47,009 bases of DNA from Snowella sp. GTDB taxonomy: Bacteria > Cyanobacteriota > Cyanobacteriia > Cyanobacteriales > Microcystaceae. The position numbers were made by a program, and so were the translations under genes. The stretch spans positions 1 to 47,009 of the forward strand of contig JAYKGY010000097.1 of assembly GCA_035285545.1 (NCBI GenBank), written 5' to 3'. The notes beneath the pieces are model-generated. The model was not told where the DNA came from. It ran no database searches and saw only the letters and a list, made by a program, of their open reading frames with translations. Below, piece by piece: positions 20,064-30,724 of the stretch (the stretch's first letter is position 1; each line of letters opens with the position of its first letter).

Positions 20064-20912
20064 GTGGAAATTACCGAAAATACCTTAGACGTTGGCAAGC
20101 TCAATTGGTTTTATCGAGAAGCGATCCCCAATCATCAGAATGATAAACCCCCTGTTTTGCTGCTGCATGGTTTACCGTCTCAGAGCTATACCTGGCTGCT
20201 GATTCTGGATCAATTAGCCGAAAATGGCTTTCGGGCGATCGCGCCGGATTGGATCGGGTCAGGTTACTCGAATAAACCCGATAAACGGGATTTCGCCTAC
20301 ACAACCCAAGCCTATCTTCAAGCATTAACGGATTTAATTAATGAGTTAAATCTCGACAAACTGAGCCTGGTTGTCCAAGGCTACCTTGCATCTGTTGGCA
20401 TTCAATATGCTCTAGAAAATCCTGACAAAATCGAAAAATTAGCCATTTTAAACACTCCTATCACGCAAAATGCCAAATTGCCCTGGTTGATGAGCCAATG
20501 GACATTCCCGTTTGTGGGCGATATGGTCACGCAAGACCCCTTAATTATTGACCGTACCCTAGAAGGGGGGAGTGGTTTTGTCGTGAGTGATGAAAAATTA
20601 GACGTTTACCGTCGGCCTTTTTTGAAAACTTCTGCTTCGGGACGTTCCTTGATGGCAACAGCAAAAAATTTGGATTTAGCTAAAAACACCGCCGAGATCG
20701 AAAAAGGTTTAACGACTTGGGCTAAACCCACTTTAATCCTTTGGGGAATGCTCGATCCCTGGTTGCCGTCTGATCCCGTAGAGCAATTAGCCAAAAGTAA
20801 TCCTCAAATTGAATTTGCTAAGTTACCGGAAGCTAAACATTATCCCCAAGAGCATTGGCCTCAAGAAGTCGGTGAAATTCTTATTCCCTTTTTCCGTCGT
20901 CAAGGGATTTAG
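20064..20912 (+). CDS. Alpha/beta fold hydrolase (haloalkane dehalogenase-like)
   Basis: LLLHGLPSQSY, APDWIGSGYS, WGMLDPW, AKHYPQE. Confidence 0.9.
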   Translation: MEITENTLDVGKLNWFYREAIPNHQNDKPPVLLLHGLPSQSYTWLLILDQLAENGFRAIAPDWIGSGYSNKPDKRDFAYTTQAYLQALTDLINELNLDKLSLVVQGYLASVGIQYALENPDKIEKLAILNTPITQNAKLPWLMSQWTFPFVGDMVTQDPLIIDRTLEGGSGFVVSDEKLDVYRRPFLKTSASGRSLMATAKNLDLAKNTAEIEKGLTTWAKPTLILWGMLDPWLPSDPVEQLAKSNPQIEFAKLPEAKHYPQEHWPQEVGEILIPFFRRQGI

Positions 20913-21007
20913 TCATTTCTGTCCTAATTACATCACAGGTACCAAAAAAACGAATATTCCCATTTTGGGCTTAATCAGGGATTAAGTTGACAATAACCAT
21001 AGAAACT

Positions 21008-24000
21008 CTACCCTAAGATGCGGAGACTAGAACCTTGATTAGATTTTTGTACTTCAATGCGTTGTTGAAAGGATTCTTTAAATTGGGGCATGTGGGTAAC
21101 GGTTAAAATACAAGCAAAATCGGACGCGATCGCGTTAATAGCAGCGACTAACCGTTCACAGCCCTCGGCATCCTGAGTCCCGAATCCTTCATCCACAATC
21201 AATAACTGTAAGGCAGTTCCGGCTCTTTGGGCCAGTAATTTGGCTAATGCCAGGCGAATCGAGAAATTAATGCGAAAGGCTTCTCCCCCCGAATAGGTCT
21301 CATAGGGACGAGTCCCCTGGGCATCCGCAATAAGAATATCGAGCGTATCAATAAATTTGGTGGTTCGTTTAGAAGTTCCCTTACTGGCTTTTTGAGTCAC
21401 AAACTGGATATGGAGTTGATTGCTCGTCAAACGGGCGAGAATTTGATTCGTTTCTGCTTCGAGTTGGGGCAAGATATTTTCGATCATCAAGGTTTGAATG
21501 CCATTTTTCCCGAAAGCTTGGCTTAATTCTTTGTGAATTCGGTATTGCTTTTTGGCTTCCTGTAATTGTTGTGTCGTTTCCTTGTGTTGCTCTTTCAACA
21601 TATCTAGTTGACGAGCTAATTGCTCCAATCCCCCTTTTCTGGCTAATAAGCTATCGAGGGTTTGGCGACGTGCTTGAATTTGCTGTTCTAACGTTTCAAT
21701 CTCTGCTTGATGATCTAAAAATTGTTCCATTTGATGCCGCAGGTGAGCTAACTCGCTTTGCATTTTCTCCTGTTCTGCATGGCGTTCGGCCATACTGTCG
21801 GTTAGTTGTTGTAATCGGTTTTGTAAGGGAGTTAACTGTTCTTGGGCTTGCTTGAGTTCCTGATAGCGTAGTTGCCAAATTTGGTTTTCTCGGAGTTGTT
21901 GCAAAATGCCCTGGTGCTGCGATCGCTCGTAACCCAAAGCCGTAATTTGTTGATCAATCTCGGTAATTTGGATCTGTAAATCGGAACTCTGGCGTAATTG
22001 CTGAGATTCTAATTGAAATTGCTCAACTTGTTTTAATAACTTGGGTCTTTCTGCTTGGATCTGGGAGTGACGACGGGTGGCTTCATCCAGTTTAACCTGC
22101 TTAATTTCTGCCCAACGCCAACGTTCTACTTCTCCTCTGGCTAAAGCATGGGATTGTTCATCGTATTTTAATTTTGCTAAATCTTGCGTAAGATTTTCTA
22201 ACTCTGAATACAGATCTTCTGCGTAGGTTTTGTGGGTTAAATCGGCTTCAATTTGTTGGATTTCTAATCGTAAAGCCTGTAAACTTTCATGAATTTCGCC
22301 GGTATTTTCTAACCAGGATTCATATTGTCCATACTGTTGTTGCAAAGAATCATAGATTTTTAATTGGCTTGCTAAATCCGCATATTCTCCCCGTAAAATC
22401 TGGAGTTCCCTCGCAGATACGGCCATTTGTTCTTTTAGCACCCAAATTTGATCCTGAATTTCCTTTTGTTGAGCTTGGGTTTTACGAATAACCTGGTGAT
22501 GATGTTCTTCGTTTAATTCCTGTTCACACAGGGGACAAATCGCATCGGGAATGTCTAATAATTGTAGCTTTTGGTTTAATTCCTCGACTTGCGTTTCATA
22601 AATGCGTTGATGCTCTTGTAATCTTTCTTGAAAATGTCGTCGCTCTTGCCCTTTTTCTTCAACCCGTTTCTGATAGATTTTCTTTTTATCAAGTTCCTTA
22701 ATTTGTTGATTGATCGCTTGAAATTCTTGACGAATATCCGGGACTTTCTGGATTTTTCCCGATAAATCCGCCACTAACAATTGACGCTGTTCTAATTTGG
22801 CTTGAAGTTGGGCTTCTGCCCGTTCAATCTCGACTTGGATCGCGTAGCATCTTTGCTGGAGAGGAGACACTTGGCTTTGTAAATGATCTAAATCCGCTAA
22901 CTGTTGACGACATTTTTTCAGCTTTTCAACGCCTGCTTGGATTTCGGTAGAGCGATTGAGGATGGATTGGAGTTCTTGCTCTTGTTGATCGAGATTGTCT
23001 AATTGAAATTGGGCTTGTTTAATTTTTAAGCTAAGTTCATTTTGTTTTTGAATTAACTGTTGTTCTAAACGCTGCTTTTGTTGTTGGGATTCCTGAAAAA
23101 TTTGGAACTTATGAGATAAAGACTCTTCTTCTTTTTGTAAGTTTAAATAGGCTTGATAGTGCTGTTCAATTTCGGTGGACTGAGCTAGTAACTGTTGGAG
23201 ATGGGTTAACTGTTTTTCGGTTTCCCGTTTTTCTTGTCCTAAGCGTTGAATCTCTAGATTTAAATTTTGGGCTTGGTTTTGTTGCCAGGTTAATTGTTGT
23301 TGCCAGGTACGACGCTGGTTTTCCGTGACTTTGAGTTGCTGTAATTGCCATTGATCCTGATCCTGTAATTGTTGAATGCTGTGGATCTCTTGGGTTAAAG
23401 TCACCTGATTGGTTTCGAGTTCCTTTTGCTGGCTGAGTTGTTGCTTTTCCGATTGCAAGCGTAAATCTAAAAAATCAACTTGTCCTTTATAGTTTCTGGC
23501 AATGTCTTTGGCTTGTTCTGCTAGGATTTCGTATTGATCCAGCTTCAGTAGATCGGCTAAGATTTGTTTGCGTTCGGTAGGACGACGGAGCATAAATTCA
23601 TCCGCTCGACCTTGACGAAGATAGGCTGAGTTAACAAAGGTGTCGTAATCTAATTTCAGAGCATCAATGACTTGTTCTTGGGTCGCCCGCAATCCCTTGC
23701 CCGTTAAGGCGCGAAAACTGCCGTTACTTTCGATCTGGAATTCTAGGCTGCTACTTTTGCCCCGATGCCGACTCCGAATGACCTTGTAGGTCTGTTGATT
23801 GCTAATAAATTGAAAGTCCACCCGTACATAGTCTGCGCCGGTATGGAGAACATCATCTTCGCTCGCAGCCCGACTTTGCCCCCAAATCACCCAGGTAATG
23901 GCTTCTAGTAAGGAAGATTTGCCCGCTCCATTGGCTCCACAAATACAGGCAGTATGAATCCCTCGAAAATCTAGGGTGGTTTCTCGATAACTTAAAAAAT

Positions 24001-24028
24001 TTTTTAAGGTGAGTTGCAAAGGAATCAT
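21008..24028 (-). CDS. sbcC: Exonuclease SbcC (Rad50-like SMC ATPase)
   Basis: GANGAGKSS Walker A, coiled coils, CPLC zinc hook, YSGGE signature, IVDEGFG Walker B. Confidence 0.95.
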   Translation of the reverse strand: MIPLQLTLKNFLSYRETTLDFRGIHTACICGANGAGKSSLLEAITWVIWGQSRAASEDDVLHTGADYVRVDFQFISNQQTYKVIRSRHRGKSSSLEFQIESNGSFRALTGKGLRATQEQVIDALKLDYDTFVNSAYLRQGRADEFMLRRPTERKQILADLLKLDQYEILAEQAKDIARNYKGQVDFLDLRLQSEKQQLSQQKELETNQVTLTQEIHSIQQLQDQDQWQLQQLKVTENQRRTWQQQLTWQQNQAQNLNLEIQRLGQEKRETEKQLTHLQQLLAQSTEIEQHYQAYLNLQKEEESLSHKFQIFQESQQQKQRLEQQLIQKQNELSLKIKQAQFQLDNLDQQEQELQSILNRSTEIQAGVEKLKKCRQQLADLDHLQSQVSPLQQRCYAIQVEIERAEAQLQAKLEQRQLLVADLSGKIQKVPDIRQEFQAINQQIKELDKKKIYQKRVEEKGQERRHFQERLQEHQRIYETQVEELNQKLQLLDIPDAICPLCEQELNEEHHHQVIRKTQAQQKEIQDQIWVLKEQMAVSARELQILRGEYADLASQLKIYDSLQQQYGQYESWLENTGEIHESLQALRLEIQQIEADLTHKTYAEDLYSELENLTQDLAKLKYDEQSHALARGEVERWRWAEIKQVKLDEATRRHSQIQAERPKLLKQVEQFQLESQQLRQSSDLQIQITEIDQQITALGYERSQHQGILQQLRENQIWQLRYQELKQAQEQLTPLQNRLQQLTDSMAERHAEQEKMQSELAHLRHQMEQFLDHQAEIETLEQQIQARRQTLDSLLARKGGLEQLARQLDMLKEQHKETTQQLQEAKKQYRIHKELSQAFGKNGIQTLMIENILPQLEAETNQILARLTSNQLHIQFVTQKASKGTSKRTTKFIDTLDILIADAQGTRPYETYSGGEAFRINFSIRLALAKLLAQRAGTALQLLIVDEGFGTQDAEGCERLVAAINAIASDFACILTVTHMPQFKESFQQRIEVQKSNQGSSLRILG

Positions 24029-24089
24029 TGTTGTTGTTTTCGCCTTTGCGATTTAAATGAATCAAGTCTAGCTAACAGTTGGTTAAAGC

Positions 24090-24251
24090 TTAGCTAAAGT
24101 GAATGAGACTCCCAGCGTTGCTCAGGTTATCTATCGGCGCGGGAATCATTTCCCCACGAAAATCCAAAATTTGTACCAAAATGAGATAGGCAACGGCTAA
24201 GAGAACAGAAATGGCTCCGGTAATAATTGCCACTAATTTTTTTTTCTCCAT
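24090..24251 (-). CDS. Conserved small cyanobacterial membrane protein (53 aa; not in ORF track)
   Basis: MEKKKLVAIITGAISVLLAVAYLILVQILDFRGEMIPAPIDNLSNAGSLIHFS; one TM helix followed by the LDFRGEM.PAP motif. Confidence 0.85.
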   Translation of the reverse strand: MEKKKLVAIITGAISVLLAVAYLILVQILDFRGEMIPAPIDNLSNAGSLIHFS

Positions 24252-24605
24252 GATTTATTTTTAATACGATTAACTGTTGATGGGTTTATTTGTATCATAT
24301 CAAGAGTTTGAGCGAATGTTATCTATCGATTTTTCGGCTCTTGAGGGTTTTTCTTTCTACCCCATAATTGTTCGGCATAGCAAAATTGAGTTATTCGATT
24401 TAAAATTCTCTTATTCTGCTTTGAGTCCACTATAGATTAATCAATTTTTAAGTTCTACGGCGATCGCGTTTTTTGGGAATACGACTTTGCTCATGATAAG
24501 CAACCTTTAAAGGCGTTATCTGCTTAGATGGACTGTATAATTTGGCTACGCTATACCTGTGTAAGGATGACGCAGCCTCAACTCAGGGTTTATTGGATTT
24601 GATTT

Positions 24606-27167
24606 ATGTTTCTAGGGAATCTCGTCCAACTTGATCGAGAACAGATTATTCTTCGGGATCTGCTGACGCTTTCGGCTTCGGTATCGGTCAAAGAGGCGAT
24701 CGCTGTTTTATTGAACCCCCCATTAGAAGAACAAAAAAAACAGTGTATTTGGGCTATCGGAGACAATCAGCAACTTTTGGGCTACCTGACGGAACGGGAT
24801 GCGTTGCGCTTGGCATTTCATCAATCTCCTCTCGACACGCTTCCCCTGATGGCAGTGGTGAACAAGCCCTTAATTACTTTGCAAGAATCTGAGATAACGG
24901 ATGTATTTACCGTCTTAACCCTTTTACAAACCTATGACCTAGATTATCTTCCGATTGTCGGCGATCGCGGCGAATTACGAGGCATGATTACTACCCATAG
25001 TCTTTTAAAAACCCTACGTCCACCCGATGGGGATCAACTGGCAACGATGCTAGGGTGCAATTTTGAGGCAGAACGCTTAAAGCATGAGCAAATCGAAGAA
25101 GAATTACGCCAGAGTCGGGCAATCAAACAAGCCATTCTTTCTGCCATTCCCAATTTGATGTACCGCGTGAGTGCTGACGGCATTTATTTAGAGTGTTTTT
25201 CGACCCAGTACGTAGCCGATGTGCTACCTGCGGATATTAACCCCGTGGGAAAGCATTTATCGGAGGTCTTGCCGCCTGAACTCGCGCAACGCAAACTGAA
25301 ACTAATTGACCAAGTTTTAAAAACCGGAGAAATTCAACGTTTCGAGCAACATCTTCCTATTGGAGACAAAATTCAATATGAGGAGGTGCAGATCGTTAAA
25401 ATGAATGCTCAAGAAACCCTAACGATTATTCAAAATATTAGCGATCGCAAACAGGCCGAAAACTCGTTACGGGAGAGTGAAGAACGGTTTAGAAGTATTT
25501 TTGATACTGCCGCTATTGGTATGGCGATCGCCTCCCTTGAAGGAAAACATGTATTAGTGAATCCTGCCTTTTGTAAGATGTTGGGCTACTCGGAAGCCGA
25601 ATTAACCGCCCTTTCTTTCCAAGAGATTACCTATCCAGCGGATTTAGACATCGATTTAGAGCATTATCATCAATTATTAACGGGGAAAATTAACTATTTC
25701 CACCTAGAAAAACGCTATATCCACAAAGAAGGTCATGTGATCTGGACGGAAGTGAGCATCTCCCTGGTGCGGGATCAAAATCAAAATCCCCTCTATGATA
25801 TTGCGCTGATTCAAAATATTAGCGATCGCAAAAAAGCGGAACAGCAAATTATTCACAATGCCTTGCATGATCCCTTAACGGATTTACCCAATCGTACCCT
25901 GTTAATGGAGCGAATCGAGTTAGCGATTAAACGCTGTAAACGCTTACCGAGTCAACATTACGCCCTGCTCTTCTTAGATTTAGATCGGTTTAAGATTATC
26001 AACGATAGTTTGGGCCATCTCGTCGGCGATCAATTACTCAAAAGTATTGCCCAAAAACTCAAAATTCATCTGCGGGAAGTGGATTTAGTGGCTCGCTTAG
26101 GAGGGGATGAATTTGTCATTTTACTCGAAGATATTACGGACTTTGAACAAGTAGTTCCCATTACTGAACGTATTCTTAAGGATTGCCAAACGCCGTTTCT
26201 TTTAGATGGCTATGAAATGTCCGTGAGTACCAGTATTGGGGTGGTTTTAGGAACGCCTAATTATGTACAAGCCTCCGAGTTGCTCCGCGATGCGGATATT
26301 GCTATGTATAAGGCCAAATCCCAAGGGGGCAATAGTTATCGAGTTTTTGATGTTCAGATGCACACCCAGGCCCTAAGTCGCCTGACCCTCGAAACCGAGT
26401 TACGCCAAGCCTTGAAGCACCAAGAATTCACGGTCTATTATCAGCCAATTATGGATCTGTTGAATGATCGCTTAGTGGGGTTTGAGGCGTTGATCCGTTG
26501 GCATCACCCCGAACGAGGATTAGTTTCACCGGCGGTTTTTATGGCGATCGCGGAAGAAACGGGCTTAATCGTCCCGATGGATCAATGGATATTGCGTACC
26601 GCCTGTGAACAGTTAGTCCAGTGGAAAGCCTGTAATTTTGTGACCTCTCCCCTAAAAATTAGTGTTAACCTTTCGGCTCAAGACTTACGACGTTCCAATT
26701 TACTGCAAGATATTGACCAAATTTTGGCAGAAACCCAGTTAGACGGCAGCGCGATCGCCTTAGAAATTACCGAAAGTATGTTAATTGAAAACATTGATCA
26801 AACCATTGAACTACTGCGCCAATTAAAAGAACGAAATATTCAAATTAGCATTGATGATTTTGGAACGGGTTATTCCTCCTTAAATTATCTCCATCGTTTA
26901 CCCGCCGATAACTTAAAAATTGACCGCAATTTTGTTCGGCAAATGCAACAGGATAACCGCAACTATCAAGTTGTCAACACCATTATTACCCTCAGTAATC
27001 AATTAGGCTTAACCGTTGTCGCAGAAGGCATTGAAACCCTACAACAACTGCAATGGTTACAACAATTAGGCTGTGAATTTGGTCAGGGTTACTATTTTTC
27101 TAAACCCTTACCTGTGGAGGAAATTGAAGCAATGTTTTTCAAAAGTATTTACCCTGTAATGCGTTAA
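24606..27167 (+). CDS. CBS-PAS-PAS-GGDEF-EAL c-di-GMP cyclase/phosphodiesterase
   Basis: CBS pair, two PAS/PAC modules, REVD I-site plus RLGGDEF, FEALIRW, DDFGTGYSS. Confidence 0.95.
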   Translation: MFLGNLVQLDREQIILRDLLTLSASVSVKEAIAVLLNPPLEEQKKQCIWAIGDNQQLLGYLTERDALRLAFHQSPLDTLPLMAVVNKPLITLQESEITDVFTVLTLLQTYDLDYLPIVGDRGELRGMITTHSLLKTLRPPDGDQLATMLGCNFEAERLKHEQIEEELRQSRAIKQAILSAIPNLMYRVSADGIYLECFSTQYVADVLPADINPVGKHLSEVLPPELAQRKLKLIDQVLKTGEIQRFEQHLPIGDKIQYEEVQIVKMNAQETLTIIQNISDRKQAENSLRESEERFRSIFDTAAIGMAIASLEGKHVLVNPAFCKMLGYSEAELTALSFQEITYPADLDIDLEHYHQLLTGKINYFHLEKRYIHKEGHVIWTEVSISLVRDQNQNPLYDIALIQNISDRKKAEQQIIHNALHDPLTDLPNRTLLMERIELAIKRCKRLPSQHYALLFLDLDRFKIINDSLGHLVGDQLLKSIAQKLKIHLREVDLVARLGGDEFVILLEDITDFEQVVPITERILKDCQTPFLLDGYEMSVSTSIGVVLGTPNYVQASELLRDADIAMYKAKSQGGNSYRVFDVQMHTQALSRLTLETELRQALKHQEFTVYYQPIMDLLNDRLVGFEALIRWHHPERGLVSPAVFMAIAEETGLIVPMDQWILRTACEQLVQWKACNFVTSPLKISVNLSAQDLRRSNLLQDIDQILAETQLDGSAIALEITESMLIENIDQTIELLRQLKERNIQISIDDFGTGYSSLNYLHRLPADNLKIDRNFVRQMQQDNRNYQVVNTIITLSNQLGLTVVAEGIETLQQLQWLQQLGCEFGQGYYFSKPLPVEEIEAMFFKSIYPVMR

Positions 27168-27178
27168 GAAAATTCAAC

Positions 27179-28036
27179 TTAATTATCCATTTCTTCGGCG
27201 GTCATGGGGGGAAATTCTAGGGGAACAGACCCCAATAATCCCTTACGAAAATCATTGAGCATTTGCACGGCTATCCGTTCGCGATCGCCTTGATATTTTT
27301 GCTCTGCTAACTGGAATAAATATTCTTCAGCCGACATATCCAACGGATCAAGCTGATAGCGGGCTTGTAAAGTTTCAGGAAAACCCAAATTAACCATCAG
27401 ATCAATAAATGCCGTTGTAATTAATTGATTATCGTAACTCGCTTCCCCAATATCCTCACAAATCGCTAATTTAATGGCATTTTTTTGATTTTCTAACTTC
27501 AAAGGAATGACCCCAGGCGCATCCAATAGTTCAATCGTCTCAGAAATTCTGACCCAGCGTAACTGGCGCGTAACCCCTGCCCGTCTAGCACTTTCAACCA
27601 CCTTCTGACCTAATAAACGGTTAATTAAAGCCGACTTTCCCACATTAGGAAAACCGATGACTACCGCACGAACAGGTCTAGGCTGTAGCCCCCTAGTACG
27701 GCGTTTTTCATTCACACTAGCTCCCACCGTCTGGGCTGCTTTTTTAATCGCTTTTACCCCATCCCCTTTTTTGGCATTGGTACAATAGGCCATTTCGCCC
27801 TTGGCTTTAAACCACTTTAGCCATAATTGGAGCGCGTTTTCGGGGATCATATCCACCCGATTGAGGACTAAAATTCTCGGTTTTGTGCCAATCCATTCAG
27901 GAACCTGAGGGTGCTGGGATGCTAAGGGAATACGGGCATCAATCACTTCTAAAACCACATCTACCCGTTTGAGTTGTTCTTTTAGTTGCCGTTCCGCTTT
28001 GGCGATATGCCCTGGATACCATTGAATAATTGCCAT
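27179..28036 (-). CDS. ylqF: Ribosome biogenesis GTPase YlqF/RbgA
   Basis: IQWYPGHIAKA, GFPNVGKS, LLDAPG. Confidence 0.96.
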   Translation of the reverse strand: MAIIQWYPGHIAKAERQLKEQLKRVDVVLEVIDARIPLASQHPQVPEWIGTKPRILVLNRVDMIPENALQLWLKWFKAKGEMAYCTNAKKGDGVKAIKKAAQTVGASVNEKRRTRGLQPRPVRAVVIGFPNVGKSALINRLLGQKVVESARRAGVTRQLRWVRISETIELLDAPGVIPLKLENQKNAIKLAICEDIGEASYDNQLITTAFIDLMVNLGFPETLQARYQLDPLDMSAEEYLFQLAEQKYQGDRERIAVQMLNDFRKGLLGSVPLEFPPMTAEEMDN

Positions 28037-28138
28037 AATAAGTTACTGTTATCGTCGGGTAGACCGCGATCGCGTCCTAATAAACCTATAATAGAGGCTT
28101 GAGATAGGGTTTATATTACTGAGATTATCAGGAATTCA

Positions 28139-28930
28139 ATGGCAAAGGAGCGTTATCGGACTCGTCAGCAGGTTAAGGAGAATGGTAGGGGTTCCCTCAA
28201 TTCTGCAATGCCTCAAACCCAATTGCCACCGATTGTCATTTATCCCGCTCCAAAAGAACTCCCTAAACAAGAAAGCTTGGTTATTCCTATCCAAAAAGCC
28301 GGTGCAAACCTACAGGGCGGCCAATTTAGTCACAGTCATCTCGAAAAAGCCGAATTAACTAACTGTAATTTACGGCAAGCGAATTTTCCCTACGCCCATC
28401 TACAGGGGGCCAATTTAATCGGTTCCGATCTACGGCAAGCCAATTTACTCGAAGCCAATTTAACCGAAGCCAATTTAATTGCGGCTTGTTTACGGGAAGC
28501 CATTTTACGGGGAGCCAATGGGAGCCGCGCCCTATTGAGACGGTGTAATTTATCGGAAACGGATTTAACGGAAGCCCATTTTAATGAGGCAGATTTCAGT
28601 CAAGCGGTCTTAACGGAAGCTGAAGCCCAAGGCATTTATCTCTATCGCGCCAATTTATCTCAAGCTAAGTTATTTCATTCCCATCTTCAACAAGCCTACT
28701 GTTTAGAAGCAAACTTAAGCCAAGTAGACGGCGATCGCGCAGACTTACGCTGGGCCAATCTCAAAAAAGCGAATTTACGGGGAGCCAATTTACAGCAGGC
28801 GAATTTACGAGGTGCAAACCTAAGTCAAGCCGATTTAACAGGAGCTAACTTGCGGGGAGCCAACTTGCGGGGAGCGAATTTACAACAGGCAATTTTAAGC
28901 AATACCTGTTTAAGAGAGGTTGTTTTATAA
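28139..28930 (+). CDS. Pentapeptide repeat protein
   Basis: Long A(D/N)LXX array. Confidence 0.93.
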   Translation: MAKERYRTRQQVKENGRGSLNSAMPQTQLPPIVIYPAPKELPKQESLVIPIQKAGANLQGGQFSHSHLEKAELTNCNLRQANFPYAHLQGANLIGSDLRQANLLEANLTEANLIAACLREAILRGANGSRALLRRCNLSETDLTEAHFNEADFSQAVLTEAEAQGIYLYRANLSQAKLFHSHLQQAYCLEANLSQVDGDRADLRWANLKKANLRGANLQQANLRGANLSQADLTGANLRGANLRGANLQQAILSNTCLREVVL

Positions 28931-29046
28931 TCCCATATTCCACCAGTCTAGACAATCAAAAAGGATGTGATCATCTTATTGCAACGCAACATAGAAAATG
29001 GCGATCGCTTATAATAAACCCACTGAGGAAAATAGTAAGGAGGCAA

Positions 29047-29463
29047 ATGCCAGCAAAAGATCTCTATCACGAAGCTATTAAAAATGCCTTAGTTAAAGAT
29101 GGCTGGGTTATTGTGGCAGATCCTTACAGAATTAAATATAAAGATGCTGAATTATTTGCTGATTTAGCCGTAGAAAAACCGATCGCTGCTGAACGAACTG
29201 GAATTCGGATTATTGTCGAAATTAAGAGCTTTTTAAGTCCCTCGCCAATGAAGGATTTTGAAATTGCTCTCGGACAATATATTTTATATCGGAACTTAAT
29301 CAATTTGACTGAACCTGATTATCAAATTTATCTTGCGATTAAAGATAGCGTTTACGTTAACTTTTTTCAAAGAGACTCCATTCAGGACATTGTGAAAATA
29401 AATCAATTACTTCTGATTATTGTAGACACAGAAAAAGAGGAGATTTTACAATGGAAGAACTAG
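29047..29463 (+). CDS. xisH: XisH family protein
   Basis: MPAKDLYHEAIKNALVKDGW, IIVEIKSF, ALGQYILYR. Confidence 0.93.
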   Translation: MPAKDLYHEAIKNALVKDGWVIVADPYRIKYKDAELFADLAVEKPIAAERTGIRIIVEIKSFLSPSPMKDFEIALGQYILYRNLINLTEPDYQIYLAIKDSVYVNFFQRDSIQDIVKINQLLLIIVDTEKEEILQWKN

Positions 29464-29792
29464 AAAAATACCGTTATTTAATAAAAAGAATTTTAACCGA
29501 ATACCATGAATGGGTTAATCATTCTTCTAATTTAAAGGAAGAAAGCTGTTTGATTTTTGATGAACTACACGATCATTATCTTTGGCTATTTATGGGATGG
29601 GAAGGTAAGAAAAAAAATAGAAATATTCATGTCCATATTCGCATTAAAAATGGAAAAATCTATATCGAAGAAGACTGGACAGAAGAAGGAATTACAACTG
29701 AGTTGCTAAAAGAAGGTATCCCAAAACAAGATATTGTTTTAGCATTTCATGACCCTGAAAGTCGTAAATTAACCGATTTTGCTGTTGCTTAA
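29451..29792 (+). CDS. xisI: XisI family protein
   Basis: HIRIKNGKIYIEEDWTEEGI..GIPKQDIVLAFH; overlaps xisH. Confidence 0.93.
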   Translation: MEELEKYRYLIKRILTEYHEWVNHSSNLKEESCLIFDELHDHYLWLFMGWEGKKKNRNIHVHIRIKNGKIYIEEDWTEEGITTELLKEGIPKQDIVLAFHDPESRKLTDFAVA

Positions 29793-29922
29793 TCAGCAGT
29801 GTTCGCTTTCGTTTGAATAGAATGCCAACTGTGAGCCTTATTTTAATCTTTAACTTCAATTCAGTCAGTTTCTAGTCAATGGTGTTAAAAAATTTGTTAT
29901 GGGGGTTCACTATTAAGCAACA

Positions 29923-30627
29923 TTAAAGCCGACAGATGATACTTTCCCCGTGAGAATCCGTCCCACAACTTCTCCATAAACCGTATAGTTCAGTAAATTT
30001 CAGTACTTCTTCCATCTGCGGTTTACTACTTTCCCAAGGCTTAGGATTGCCATAGGCATAATAGGCTTCTAGTCCATCAATGCCAACCTGTACCGCATTG
30101 GGAATCACCCGACACGCTGGTTGGCGGTAACGGGCAGGATGGGCTAATACGGTTAATCCTCCGGCTTCATGGATAGCATTAACTACCTTTGTCGCTAATT
30201 CATCTCCATTGCGGGGGCGATCGCCGCCAAGATAGGGCTTCATGGCAGGATGTTCAGGATCAAAACCGTAGCCTAAAATATGTACTTCCGTTCCCATTAA
30301 ATCCGAAGTAACCTCTATCCCTGTCCAGAGAAGGGGCAATAGCTTATCAGGTTGATAGTGTTGCAGTAAATCGAGTTGAGCTTGAGCGCGATAGTAACCG
30401 TCAATGCTGTGATGATCCGTAATGGCTAATCCCTGCAATCCCAAATGAATCGCCTGTTCAATCAAGGCTTCAGGGGTGAGCTTCCCATCCGAGCAAATAG
30501 TATGCAAATGAAAGTTGAAATGGAAAGGACAACTTTGGGGGTCTAGGTTTTCCCAAACCTCGATTAAAGCTTGAGTCGTTGGCATTGTGGTTTGGGTAGT
30601 AAGCGTTGCAACCATGTTTAGCCCCAT
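29923..30627 (-). CDS. Stand-alone PHP domain protein (TrpH/YciV-like)
   Basis: HLHTICSDG, ITDHH, VHILGYG, LAHPARY, GTDSHG. Confidence 0.9.
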   Translation of the reverse strand: MGLNMVATLTTQTTMPTTQALIEVWENLDPQSCPFHFNFHLHTICSDGKLTPEALIEQAIHLGLQGLAITDHHSIDGYYRAQAQLDLLQHYQPDKLLPLLWTGIEVTSDLMGTEVHILGYGFDPEHPAMKPYLGGDRPRNGDELATKVVNAIHEAGGLTVLAHPARYRQPACRVIPNAVQVGIDGLEAYYAYGNPKPWESSKPQMEEVLKFTELYGLWRSCGTDSHGESIICRL

Positions 30628-30724
30628 CCATGCAGAAGCGATAACGGATTGTCAATTATCAAGATAACAAATCTTTACACAAAATGTGAGGGGGTTTGGC
30701 GCAAAGCTACCGCAAAACTGAAAT

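Noticed and set aside
24535..24549. NtcA site upstream of the GGDEF-EAL gene
   Set aside because: Spacing is GTA-N9-TAC rather than N8.
28310..28910. 15-nt periodic DNA repeats
   Set aside because: Fully explained by pentapeptide-repeat coding.
29047..29792. fdxN-type excision element
   Set aside because: No XisF recombinase or interrupted gene; stand-alone xisH/xisI pairs are common.
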